A stretch of 64,000 nucleotides of DNA from Octopus vulgaris (GCA_951406725.2 OX597823.1:109988001-110052000); one strand, 5' to 3'; positions 13,895-29,124 are shown, counted from the first letter of the stretch. Numbers and translations: made by a program. The notes: a model not told the origin generated them from the letters alone.

Positions 13895-14058
13895 AGCGCC
13901 TGTTTGATGAAGTCTAAACCTGTCCGGCCATCAACTATATGATTAAACTAATGTTTTTCACAGACATGTAAAATATAGTTGCATATGTTTATATGCAATT
14001 ATAAATGGATATAGCAACTCAACCCTACCGAACGTGCGTAAGCGAGTGAGTCTGTATG

Positions 14059-14108
<50 letters not shown>

Positions 14109-14240
14109 TTGTGTGTGTGTGCGTATATTTAAACCTATGTGGACATTTTGTATTAGTTTTTCTCGAGACAAAGATATACGAGTCAGATACTATCTCCGTG
14201 TCCTTCTTGTGCATGTATATATGTATACATATACATACAA

Positions 14241-14286
<46 letters not shown>

Positions 14287-14621
14287 TGTTTGAATGTGTC
14301 TGTACGTATGTATGTCTTCGCAAGTGTACAGGTAATCCATCTAAGATTTTGTCTTTTCAATTGAAACCTTTAATTAAAAACACGATTAGATGCTTGACCA
14401 TGTACAAATGCACAAAGAGACGGAAAGGAACAAGCATACGTATCCATATACAAGTATATATGAAAGACGTTGTCACATGATCATAATGACACATATGCAT
14501 AAACGCATATATATTGTATACGTGTGTGTATCTGTGCACGCATACACACACACACATACACACTGAAACGTATGTATATATCTATATTCTTTTATCTATT
14601 TAGCAATCTATCCGTACGTTA

Positions 14622-14759
<138 letters not shown>

Positions 14760-15649
14760 TTGCACATAGCGGGACAATCCGATGTACATGTAAGTATACA
14801 TAAACCCTTAAATCGTCATAGACAGACTTAGAAGCATATTGGCGTATTATATATTCAATTATTTTTTCGTTAAAATAATTATTAATAATGAGAAATCTTG
14901 TATGAAAAGAAATTTAGTAAAACGTGAAGAGAATATTCATGAAAACCATAATAAACGCAGTGGACATTGGAGAGTAAGATAGAAAATCAGTGGACAGGGA
15001 TATATTGATATGTAATAGTGAGGTGAAGAGAAAGTAAAAGAATTTTTCTGCGTGGGAATGTGATATAGAAAAGAGGGGAATATCTCAGCACGGCAAGAAA
15101 TACTTAAATACTGGACCATACTGAGGTAAATTGAAGTATAATCCAACAATTAGCTGACACAGATGAAAAGATTGATATCAATATATAGCAGAATTTGCTG
15201 ATGCTGAAATGTCACTATGATAAAAACACTGACTCAGTGGACTGGGTCTGTCACAAGAGCCATATTTCTTTATTCTTATTTTTATCAGAAACTTCATGGG
15301 TAGATCAGCAAAAGGAAAAAAAAACCAAAGAGAGAAGCATAGAAGGAGAGAGGCAGAGAATCATCATAAAGTAAATTACTTGATTTGTGATAACTTTTAT
15401 TGAATTAGCGGATATCATTATCAAATAGTATTTTGGTGGTGCTAATGCAGAATTGGTTGAGTTTCATGTTATTGTTATTTATCTTTTAAAACATATCAGT
15501 AAGAGTGTCTCTATATGATCTTTAACTTGACTGGCACTAGCAGCCGAGTACCCTTAAATCACCCTGATATCATAAAACTGTGAGAATACATTGTAGCCAT
15601 ATAGATAATGAGATGTTCGGAACTGGAACGCGTCTGATGATATGGGTGT

Positions 15650-15743
15650 TCAAGCAGCAGTGATATGCACAGGCATATGGTGTAGCGGTAAAGAGCGCGG
15701 GCTAATAACACCAAGATTCCGAGTTCGATTCCAGGCAGTGACA

Positions 15744-15827
<84 letters not shown>

Positions 15828-16025
15828 GTAATAACAATAATAACAACAACAACAACATCGAAAAATACCTTAGGAATGAGAACCGAAGTTCGAAATTTCC
15901 CCAAGACACCTGATGAAGGCTGGAGGGTATATCAGCCGAAACGTTGTGCTAACAACCATGAAGATGAGGACAAATATCTGTCAAATGTAAATAATGTACA
16001 TAATTCCTCATCTCTTAAATATAGA

Positions 16026-16028
<3 letters not shown>
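15650..16028 (+). mobile_element. Composite element: tRNA-like Pol III head + (AAT)n + hammerhead-containing PLE-like tail
   Basis: A box TGGTGTAGCGG 15678-15688, B box GAGTTCGATTCC 15721-15732, (AAT)n 15746-15826, and hammerhead GACAC-CTGATGA-A-GGCTG..CAGCC-GAAACGTT-GTGCT 15905-15950. Confidence 0.7.
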
Positions 16029-16104
<76 letters not shown>

Positions 16105-16137
16105 ACACTACTACCTCCACCACCACCACCACCACCA
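16026..16137. repeat. (ACT)n then (ACC)n microsatellite
   Basis: Direct reading. Confidence 0.95.
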
Positions 16138-17149
16138 TTACTAGTTTTTGTCTTTGTTGTTGTTTTTGTAGTTAGTCGTAAGTTTATAAGATTAGACCAA
16201 GGCCAGACTTCAACTGAGCGAACTCGTGATCAAATTCTTTCCAACCTTAACTATCATGTATTTTATTTCAGACATCATATTCATAAAGACTTCACTGTCC
16301 AATGTGGTTAAATGAAACTGTGAAAAAATATTCGGAGCTCTATTTTGTTTCTGCAATCTAGAATCCTCAACCGAGTTTAGTTTCCTAATAAGCATTGTTG
16401 GGAATATATCAACGCATCAATGATTTTACGAGTAAGAAGTTTCTTCCGCAGACTCGCGGTCCCAGGTTCCGTTCAGCTGTTAGGTATTGCAAGAAAAGGC
16501 TTCCTTTCCTCATAGCCTTGATTCGATCCAAAGCTCTCAGTGTGAAAATTGGTAACTGGTGAAATTTGGTTAAATGAAACTGTGAAAAAATATTCGTGTA
16601 GCGTCTGTACATGTTCGTGGATTATAAACATTGACACCAAGTTTAAATCCATCGCTTGACCAATGTGTGAATTTTAGCGGAGCTTATTTTGTTGCAAACA
16701 TTCAGTCAGGTTTCTGGTCTTTATAACGCCTTATAATGCATTTAGAAAGTTCTACAAAAACGACATTGATGTGTTCAATGTGACGAGTAGCATTATAGTT
16801 CTATTAATGATCATTGACATGTTTCCATTGACGGTTATTAATAATAGGCATTGACATAATTTCATTCATAAGCAATGTTTCATGAAGTGCTGAGGATTTT
16901 CGACTGAGAAATATGGATTTGTTAAACTGAAGTCTAGTGACACGTATTCAGTGACGAGTAATAACATATTTCCATTGACAGATAATGACTGGTATTGGCA
17001 TGTTTCTACTGACAAAAATGTGACTTATTATATTCTCTTATATCATAAAATAGAGTACTAATGAATAGACGATACGCTTGAAATAATCCTAATCGTATTT
17101 TAAACAACATGAAACAGTAAACTTACTGTTTTAAGAGGCCACTGAGATT

Positions 17150-17600
17150 CTATCCGGCTGCGTTAGTTTCCGGCTGTTACGCCAAGTGTACTTGCAAGTA
17201 ATTCGCGCTCTTCAGATTTTTGTTCTTACCAAACGCATCGGGCAAAGATATTGCATCAAGCTTTGCAAAATGCCTGGCAATACTCAAGCTCAAACTATCC
17301 AGAAGATTCAGCAAACATTTGGAAGTGATGCCATGGGTGAAACTCAGATCACGCGTGGAACAATTACTTCCAAATATGGTCTCACCACAAGCCGAAACAA
17401 GGATTTGATTGAGAATGTTCGGCAAATAGTTATGGAAGACCCTCGTTTAACAGGAACATGCTCAAGAAGTAGGAATAAGTACAACATGAGGGCATATCAT
17501 TGCTACGGAGGATTTGTGCGTGCGAGGAGTGTCGGCGATATTCATTCCCAAAATGCTGTCGCAGACTTCACTGTTTTATATTCAACGCAACTCGTACGCA
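17150..17600 (+). mobile_element. Mariner transposase relic (N-terminal HTH region)
   Basis: ORF 17186-17689 contains QRYCIKLCK..G.TQAQTIQKIQQTFGSDAMGETQ...ENVRQIVMEDPRLT, typical of mariner N-termini. Confidence 0.75.
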
Positions 17601-17623
17601 AACGTTATATATATATATATATA

Positions 17624-17853
17624 TATTTCTTTATTTACCACAAGGTGCTAAACATAGAGGGGACAAACAAAGACAGACAAAGGGATTAAATCGATTACAT
17701 CGACCCCAGTGCGAAACTGGTGCTTTATTTATCGACCCTGAAAGGATGAAAGGCAAATCGGCCTCGGTGGAATTTGAACTCAGAACGTAACGACAGACGA
17801 AATACTGCTAAGCATTTCGCCCGTTGCGCTAAAGTGTCTGCCCGCTCGCCACC
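17624..17853 (-). mobile_element. SINE family A, full length, inserted in (TA)n
   Basis: Alignable to the other family A copies. Confidence 0.9.
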
Positions 17854-17901
<48 letters not shown>

Positions 17902-17917
17902 ATATTATATATATATA

Positions 17918-17997
<80 letters not shown>

Positions 17998-18959
17998 ACG
18001 TGCTTTCCTACATACATACAATTAAAACTTACCTCAAAGGACACTCGGTTCATTTAAGCAGAACGCGCCATTTATATCTTCCAAGGAAATGCTAACAATG
18101 GCCTTGAATCATTTCGGTGCAGAAACCTAGATGTCGCTTTCGACCATACATTCACTGCAAGCATGTCAGTAAATGTGTGTGTCAGTGTATCCGTGTATGC
18201 TTGTATGTGTGTATTTAAATAAGAAGGAAACATTCTTTAATGTATTTCATGTCAGAAGAAAACAAATACATGCAAGAATGAATGGTCATGGATGGAGCGC
18301 CTTTGATCAGATATATGTTTACTCAGGAATTACCGCGGGCTAAACGCAAGATCTACAAAGACTTCATATCCAATATACCACAATATATCAACTCTTCCTT
18401 AATAACTATAAACTTGATGAAAATCCTATTTCATTGGTTTACCTCCGTTTTATTTCATTATCGCTGATACCTTTTTTAAAAATATTTTCACATTTTATTG
18501 AGTCTTGTTAACTTTATGTATAATGTTCTTCTTCCTATCTTTATCATCATGTTCATAATTTTTATTCCACGATATTTTATATCTATTTTATGTATTTAAT
18601 TGTATTTCTTATTTGCGAGATATATTTACTTTTCATACATGCGTGTGTCTGTGTGCTCCTGCGTATGCGTTTGCATCAGCAGGCATAATTTTTTTTCGAT
18701 CTTCAGTTTCTTTTATATTTCTTATGAAATGGCATTAGGAGAGTTCTTTCATGGGATTATATGATATTGTGGCCTCCAGACTTTCATGGAGCAAGGACAG
18801 GAGAGAAAAGATTGGAAACAGATACACAGGCGCGCGCGCACACCCACAGACACTCTCTCTCACACAAACACACACAAATCATTCTCAACCGCACATGTGC
18901 GTACATATATGAATAAGTACATACACAACTGCATGATTATATACACACATGCACACATA

Positions 18960-20780
<1,821 letters not shown>

Positions 20781-21399
20781 TTTATATATGCAAAGTATGT
20801 GTGTATGTATAAGGTGAAATTGAGCGATTTCACTGCTATATTCTGTAAATTCTGTTTGACTAACATTTATGCCTCATTATAACTTCTCCATTTCTAAAGT
20901 ATGGAATAATTCGTTCAACTTTCTTTTACCAGCATATTATTGTTATTATTGTTGCCATCGCTCAGCCCCAGGTCATCCTAGGTTTTCCGGACGTGACATG
21001 TCCCGGATTTTGTCTTTAGAGCGTTGCAAATTTTACTTATTTCCGTGTTCTTCCGTTTTGGGAGACTTGCTATTATTTGAAGGTGATCATGCAACTGAGA
21101 AGTATCTCTCTGTCACAGGTAAAGATATTTTCAAAGTTAAATGTATTTACTCCTAGTTGGAACTTTAAAATCTATGCTATTCCGCTCTCTTCCGTTTGAT
21201 TGTCATAACATTCTGAAGGCCGTACAGTGTTGTGGCAGGAGTCTAGAGCTCAGCATAAACCCTCTTACATGAAATAATCGATTTGTAATCTTTACCATAT
21301 CTAAAAATGAGAGGATAAGCATTACGGTATAGATAACTTCATAGCTTTGAGTCGGGGGCTTAAGAAGAGTGCTATTCCTCGCAAAATACTGGGGCTTTC

Positions 21400-21900
21400 A
21401 TCGCTTCAATTTTTGTATTTGTCGTCCACAAGATAATGTTCTGTCCCTGTAGCCTCCTAAGCTGCATGCACACAAGTTCTGTGTACTGATAGCATTTTCA
21501 AAATATTGCAGGTTTTGCCGTCTGACGTAATTGCCAGACGGCAAAACTTTTCGTTACACCCCTAAGACCTCTAAGACTGAATATTCCGTCTGAGTGGACA
21601 GCCAATTGATTCTCAACGCTTGTCTGAAGCACATAAACTCCCTCAGTTGCTTGCTGGCAGCTGTTTTTAGTACCCATACTCATAGTACTTATACTCATAA
21701 AGCACTACTAGAAGCTTTAGCTTCTTGTCAAGGGCACACATTTCTTCCTATTTTTTAACCTCAGAGCTGATCCTAGCTACATACTAAATAAGTACGATTA
21801 TAATACATCGATGTTATTCAGTTTGCAGCGACCAGAAGATGTTTCTGAAACGGTAATTTAATTACTGTTCTCAGGTATGCTCCTGGGTATTAATTACCGA
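21400..21900 (-). mobile_element. RTE-clade LINE C-terminal relic
   Basis: Minus-strand MCFRQALRINWLSTQTEYSVLEVLG (about 21560-21635) resembles the RTE C.RR.L.I.W....TN..VL motif. Confidence 0.55.
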
Positions 21901-22283
21901 GCAATGTTTGTGAATATATAAAATATGCTATAACTGCATTTCATTTTCATGAGTGATTGACTGTCATCATCGTTCTCATCGTCTTCGTTGTTGTTATATT
22001 CGTCAATTTCATTGACTAAGATCATTCCCCCAAAAACATGTTATTAATTATGAGCTGATACTTTAAAAACAAAAACAAACGGATGCCCCCTACGTTATAC
22101 ATCTATCTAAAATAAAAAAAAAAACTACAATGACGATGATAAGCTTTGAATCGCACATCCTTAAGATAATAATGGCCAACCAAATTTTCGTTAGTGTCTA
22201 TTCCAAATTCTGCAGTTTAATAAAATCTATACCTTTCATGTACGCACACAATATATATATATAATATATCTGTAAAAGTAATA

Positions 22284-22443
22284 TGTGACAATTATTCGGT
22301 AGCCCTGATAAAACTCCGAGTTTCGGATGCCGAGGTGGAAATCCACGCCGCCATCCCTTCGGTTATCTGGTCATCGGAAAAATGTTATGAAAAATGGCCG
22401 TTATACACAAGGAAATTATCATGGCTACCGAATAATTGTCACA
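22284..22443. mobile_element. 160-bp inverted-repeat element (MITE-like), TGT...ACA ends, TA on both flanks
   Basis: TGTGACAATTATTCGGTAGCCCTGATAA / TTATCATGGCTACCGAATAATTGTCACA (1 mismatch). Confidence 0.75.
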
Positions 22444-22560
22444 TATTTCTTTTACAGATAAATTCCTCTATTTATATAATATCAAGGTCTCTTTCATTCT
22501 TTTGTTGTCTTACCATTTTTATCAATATATATATATATATATATATCGCAAAGTAAGGAA

Positions 22561-23065
22561 TGCTACTTTTTTTAGCCCCAAGAAACATCATCTCCAGCTG
22601 GCTATACGACACACTGTTTGTGTCCTTATATTTTCGAACAGGACTTTAGCAGTGCATCTGTGCCGAGGAAGGGAAATAACGAAGAAACTACGGTCCACAG
22701 ATATTTGTTTCTTTATCACCCACAAGGGGCTAAACATAGAGGGGGCAAACAAGGACAGACAAACGGATTAAGTCGATTACATCGACCCCAGTGCGTAACT
22801 GGTACTTAATTTATCGACCCCGAAAGGATGAAAGGCAAAGTCGACCTCGGCGGAATTTGAACTCAGAACGTAACAGCAGACGAAATACGGCTACGCATTT
22901 CGCCCGGCGTGCTAACGGTTCTGCCAGCTCGCCGCCTTAGTCCACAGATATTGCTTTGTACTGAGTGTGGATGCTGAACTACCGTGTTCAAAAATATAAG
23001 GATACAGATAGTGTGTCGTATAGCCAGCTGGAGACGATGTTTCCTGGGGCTAAATAACAGTAACA
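22561..23065. mobile_element. Element with about 80-bp inverted arms hosting a nested SINE
   Basis: 22561-22640 is the reverse complement of about 22985-23065 (TCTCCAGCTGGCTATACGACACACT / AGTGTGTCGTATAGCCAGCTGGAGA). Confidence 0.7.
22706..22939 (-). mobile_element. SINE family A, full length, young
   Basis: 13-bp TSD GTCCACAGATATT at 22693-22705 and 22940-22952. Confidence 0.95.
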
Positions 23066-23169
23066 TTCGTCCTAACCGGGTCTTCCATATTATGTTGGCA
23101 AAAAATCTTTACCTTAGAGGAATATTACTGAATGTTGTTGAGAGATATAGAAATAATAATGCTTATAAA

Positions 23170-23208
<39 letters not shown>

Positions 23209-23219
23209 GTATGTATGTA

Positions 23220-23277
<58 letters not shown>

Positions 23278-23845
23278 CATATAAATGTACGTATGTATGT
23301 ATGCATATATAAATATATATATGTATATATATGTATGTATGTATGTATATATGTATGTATCTCTCGTTGAGAGGTATAGAAATAATAATGTTTTATATAT
23401 ATATATATGTGTGTGTGTGTGAGTGTGTGTATGCGTGTGTGAGTGTATATGTGTTTGTGTGTGTGCGTGTGTGTGCGTGTGTGTGTGTGTGTGTGTATGC
23501 GTTAAATCTCCTTTCAATATGTTTGGAATGTTACCAGCTTTGTGTTGATGAATATCTTGTTGAAGAAAGAGTTAAGATTTTCCTCTGGGTTCGATCTATT
23601 CTTTTGGGTGTCTCCATCTTTGGGTATGTGTGTGGACACGAGCTCGTGTATGTGTGTCAGTTTGTGCGTGGTGCGGGTGTGTTTTTATGAGTGAGTTTTC
23701 GGCGATGTTTTCTTTTGTGTACCTGCATGTGTGTGTGTGAGCGTGTGCTTGCTTCTGCGTACAGACGCCTGTGTGCGTGCGTTTTCACGATGTTTTATAT
23801 CTTGTGTATGTGCGTGTGTATATGTGTGTTTTTGTGTGCTTGTGC

Positions 23846-23899
<54 letters not shown>

Positions 23900-23901
23900 G
23901 C

Positions 23902-23955
<54 letters not shown>

Positions 23956-24302
23956 CTAGAAAAAGATTACAGGAATGATGGGAAATATTTTTCAAAACAA
24001 TAATAGGTTTAAAATTGTCAATTCACTGTCTGAATCTTAAGTTATAAACTGTATACAGCCTTTCATAATCTATCCCTACAGGATCATTGTGATAGTGACA
24101 ATATCATGAAAGTCAAGTGAGTCTTTGAGAGGAAAGAATTCTGTACACTCACGAAGTATTTTCATGCGAATAATAGAAATACGATGGAAAAGACGATATT
24201 TGTTTACAGTCTAACCAGAATACGAGTAAGCATTTGATTTTCTTCCACATTAGCAGTTGTTTGATACGCATCGACATACTAATGGTTCGCAGACTAAAAT
24301 AG

Positions 24303-24590
24303 CGAAAGCGCATGGCTCAGTGATTAGAGCATCGGGTTCACAATCAGAGGTAGCGAGTTCGATTCCCGGACCGGTAAGTGTGCTGTTTTCTTGAGCACGA
24401 CACTTCATTACACGTTTGCTCCAGTTCATTCAGCTGTAGAAATGAGTTGCGACGTCACTGGTGCCAAACTGCATCGGCCCCTTTGCCTTTCCTTTGGATA
24501 ACGCCGGTGATGTTGAGATTGGAGGATGGTATGCAAGGGCAACTTTCTCGGTGCAATTCCATGGGGATTCATGACCGAAATGGTTCTTTA
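24303..24590 (+). mobile_element. tRNA-derived SINE family D
   Basis: TGGCTCAGTGA A box, GAGTTCGATTCC B box, and CTTGAGCACGACACTT central domain. Confidence 0.7.
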
Positions 24591-24983
24591 CCATTTTACA
24601 GAATATAATCGTAGGAAATCTAGCTACATCCTGTCATGGAGCTAAATGCAAGATGTGCTTCTGTTATCACTGACACAAGATGCTGTTGAGGGTAAAAATG
24701 TTGGAAGACAATTTTTCTCTCTTGCTGTTGTATTTGGGGTGAACAGGTATATTAATTTTTGTGTGCATTAATTTTCGTGTGCAGGTATATAATCTTAAGT
24801 TGTACAATAAGGCAAAACAGTTAATCTGATAAGGCACAACAAGAAAGTGTGCATTTCAAGACACAATTACCCACATAACACATACTCCTTTGTGAATGAC
24901 CCGAAAGAGTATACCTCAAACATGAATGTATTAATAGGAACATTCTCATGTTTACACTATTCTCAAAGAAGAAAGATATAGAG

Positions 24984-25389
24984 TTTACTCTTTTACTTGT
25001 TTCAGTCATTTGACTGCGGCCATGCTGGAGCACCGCCTTTTAGTCGAGCAAATCGACCCCAGGACTTATTTTTTTGTAAGGCTAGTACTTATTCTATCGG
25101 TCTCTTTTGCCGAACCGCTAGGTAACGGGGACGTAAACACACCAGCATCGGTTGTCAAGCGATGTTGGTGGTGGTGGTGGGGGAACACAGACACAGACAC
25201 ACACAAAAATATATACATATATATATAAACATATATACGATGGGCTTCTTTCAGTTTCTGTCTACCAAATCCAGTCACTTTGGTCGGCCCGAGGCTATAG
25301 TAGAAGACACTTGCCCAAGGTGCCACGCAGTGGGACTGAACCCGGAACCATGTGGTTGGTAAGCAGGTTATTTATCTCACAGCCACGAG
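24984..25389 (-). mobile_element. SINE family B
   Basis: Reverse complement of the 7898-8276 family. Confidence 0.9.
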
Positions 25390-26049
25390 CCCGAAAAATA
25401 TTTGCTGCTTGATTGTAAACGGGCGAGAACGCTACAAATTTCTAGAAATGAGCCGTATTTTTCGATAATGCCTGAGAAGAGTTTGCAGAAGGTACAGCAA
25501 GATAGATGGTAAAATAACCCATAAATATTTTTGGGGATAAGGAATAGTTGGCGGTATAAGGGCCGGATGGAAGATACAATCCCTTAATAGCAAAAGTCAA
25601 GGGCACGCAATGTCTTTTCTGTACTAGTCTTCATATCAGTTTTTGAATTATTCGATTAGATTCTACCTGGTATACGGGGCAGGTTAACCTCCAAACTTTT
25701 CGATAGCGCCAGAAATGTCTACATTTGTACTTATGTTAATCTCTCAAATTACACCGAAACGGAGGTTGGATGCAAATCAATCTCTCTTTTAAGATACCTC
25801 ATATCGTTTTGAAACCAGATATAAACCACTAAATGTCGAGGAGGATTTATGGATAATTTTTGAGTGCCAGCAGCAAACAGCTTCAAAAGATTAGGAAAGG
25901 ACCTCCTCGAGATTATTTTATATGAATGATGGTGAAAGTAATTTCTGAAGCCGTACCACAAGAAAAGAAGAAAGCAGAAAGAGGAAAAGCTTTCTTCCTA
26001 ATAGAGTAGAAAATGTCTGGCCTAGTTGTCATAATTCTACAGTGTTTCA

Positions 26050-26450
26050 GAAGCAAATATAACCAAAAGTTGGTTTACCAACTTTTATTTTGAGGGAGAC
26101 GCTTCTACAATGTTCCAATGGGAAAAAGCAACTATATGCGTGATAAACAAAGCAGAAAGATAGATAAGCATGCAGGGAAAACAGTTATATACGACACTGT
26201 TATAGTATTTGCAATTATTTCCGAAAAAATGACCGACATCGTGAGCAACTCTCTGAAATGATATCAGGCTATATTATTACTTCGTAGCATATTAGAGGGG
26301 TCACAACACAACGATGCAATTCTTAGCTAGGTTTGACCTGTTATAAAAACATTTCAATGACGTTGACGACAATACTCACCAACATTTTGGAAAACATCAT
26401 GTAAAGTTTTCCTGAAAAACCCTCTAAAAATTAGGAATGGACAGATCTAA
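26050..26450 (+). mobile_element. Highly decayed LINE reverse-transcriptase fragment
   Basis: QWEKATICVINK at about 26116-26150 resembles the W..A.I..I.KKG motif at the start of non-LTR RTs. The rest is frameshifted. Confidence 0.35.
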
Positions 26451-26925
26451 GAAAATTTTCTTTCGTTGTGAAAAGGGGATAAAAACGTTTATACTGTCAT
26501 ATAAAAGAACCTGCAGACACTTCTGAACGATAATTGTAGCGCTATATTTGTGATTAGCGGGGTAATTTTATATGTAGGTAATCGCATCAAAACCAGTTTT
26601 GAGATGCTGGTTTCTTTACTAAAAATGATTGGCTTATTAAGAGATTACAATAACCAGACTTGGGTTTTAATGGAAATATATTTGATATCCATATATATAT
26701 ACAGGCATTTATACACGTAAGCGGTTATAAGTGAAACGACAGGCACACACAATAATGTACCCGTATACTCATATTAGCATGTAGGTAAACATGCCTGTAT
26801 GCGTATGCATATGCATGAATTCGATGTCTTCAAATTCCCTATAATAGTTGTGTTTCGGAGCTGTAAATCATCTCTTAGTCTATTGATAAGAGCCTTTATA
26901 TATAAATAAATAAATAAATAAATAA

Positions 26926-26969
<44 letters not shown>

Positions 26970-26971
<2 letters not shown>

Positions 26972-27165
26972 CGGAGATGTACTCGCATAGCAAGTAATTT
27001 GATCTGAGATCGTGTGCTGAAACGAAAACAATTGCAGCGTGGGAGGTGTTTATAAGCCATAAGAAACACACAAAAGCCGTTCGATTCACTCCAACATTTA
27101 AGTTTAATTTGTCAAAATATTTTCGTCGCTAAAATCCGCGACCTGTTCACTGACAAAGTCCGTGC

Positions 27166-27167
<2 letters not shown>
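26970..27167 (-). mobile_element. About 200-bp retrozyme/PLE-like unit between (TA)n tracts, with a G3-C8 hammerhead at 27108-27157
   Basis: Minus strand TTTGTCA-GTGAACA-G-GTCGC-GGATTTTA-GCGAC-GAA-AATATT-T-TGACAAA. Confidence 0.7.
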
Positions 27168-27207
<40 letters not shown>

Positions 27208-27976
27208 TATATAAAAATACAAAATGGGACAAGAACGCAAAACATTCAAATAGACGACACAAAAAACGGACGGGTCATTCGAAGCCTCTAATCTTCAGTC
27301 AAAAACCGGATCATCCTCGCAATTTCGGCTATATATATAACACACACACACATATATAACATATAATATATATATATATACACACAATATATATATATAT
27401 ATATATATACATGTATATAATATACATGTATATATATATATATATATACACATCTATATACATATATGCACATATACATGGAAGCACATACATGCAGGCA
27501 CAAAAACATACAGAGGCCCATAGCCAGTCACTACTTTGACAAAATAATGAAGAAAATTTCACAATGTGAATGTTGTGTGTCTTCAGAAAGGAATTGGATA
27601 TTCTCCAATCCACGATACTTGAGGACAAAAATATGAAGTATGCGCTAGGGTAGCAGTATCATATTCTCTCATACACAAAATGGGTAAAGGCCCAGAGGAA
27701 ACACGAATGCAATGATGGTGATGTGTAATCCAAATACAAAGAAGAAACCAAATAAGGAAGAGGACTTTGAAAAGGGTACTAATTCACAGGGTACTACAAC
27801 ATGGTCGTAGTTGCATAGTTGAAACGCATAAAAGAATAAAGGAACATGTACATATGTATGTATATATGTATACGTGCATGTACTTATACATATATATACA
27901 TATATGTATTTATATGCTTGTGTATATATATATATATATATCTGTGTGCACATATATGTTTATATGTATATATGTG

Positions 27977-28025
<49 letters not shown>

Positions 28026-29124
28026 GTATGTGCACATATATGTTTATATATATATATATATATATATTGTGTGTGTGCATATATGTTTATATGTATATAT
28101 ATATATATATAGACATTCACATATATACCTATATTTACATTTATATATATATATACACACATGTAGAAGCACTTACATAAAGACATATCCACATACGTAG
28201 ATACATGTCTATCCTTATCCGTAATAAATCTTTTTATTCTTCACTTTTCACAAATCATTTTACTCCCATCTACTCTGTGAAATTGTCCCAAATAAATTGT
28301 GATAGCGGCATCAATTTTTGCAACATTACCAGACAATTGTATATCATCAAAAATTTATTACAAAGACATTATTCCATTGCAATGTTTAATGGGCTTCCCT
28401 ATGATGATGTTGATTTTTTGCTGCAATTTTGTCATTTGTTTATTTTGTTTTAGTTTATATTTTTTATTTTTTATTCTTCCCTTCTACCACCCATCATACG
28501 CTTCCTTCCTGCAGCAAATTTTGCTTGTATTAGAATTTCTTTCAGGTTAATGTGTACATATATTTTTTTAATTGATGATGTTCTATAACTATTGATTTTT
28601 CCGATTCCAAATTGACTTTGTTATCATTATTGTTATTGTTGCTGTTGCTGGCGTTTTAACTTTAGATTTGTCATTTTTTCCGTCCAATTGCATGTTTATA
28701 ATACGTTTCATGTTTTCTTTTAAAATGTTATTATATTACTTCTTTCGTTTCTTATTTTATACAATTTATTCACTCCATGTGTGTCAGTTTAGCTGTACGC
28801 TTCAAACTGCGTATGTGACTGTATCTCTTTGTCTTTCTCTATCTCTCTCTTTCATTTTCTCTCTCTCTCTCTCCCTTCCTCATATTCCTATGTGCTCATC
28901 CATTCTACATTAAACTATCTATCCATTTATCAAGCCGTTTACTTAGCTATCCATAATTACACACACACGCGGACACACACACGCACAAACATACATACAT
29001 GCATGCACATACATATACATGCATAAATACATGCAATTTATGGGACATATATCTATGTATTTAAATATACGTATTCATCTGTACTCATATATACATATAA
29101 GCATACATATACATACATACATGC

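Noticed and set aside
15670-15745. Functional tRNA gene (also 4483, 24303 and 34720)
   Set aside because: A and B boxes are present, but I could not see a clean acceptor stem or cloverleaf, and each continues into repeat body. These are SINE heads.
27223-27330. Further hammerhead (CTGAAGA and CCGAAA on minus strand)
   Set aside because: The core halves are in the wrong order or lack supporting stems.
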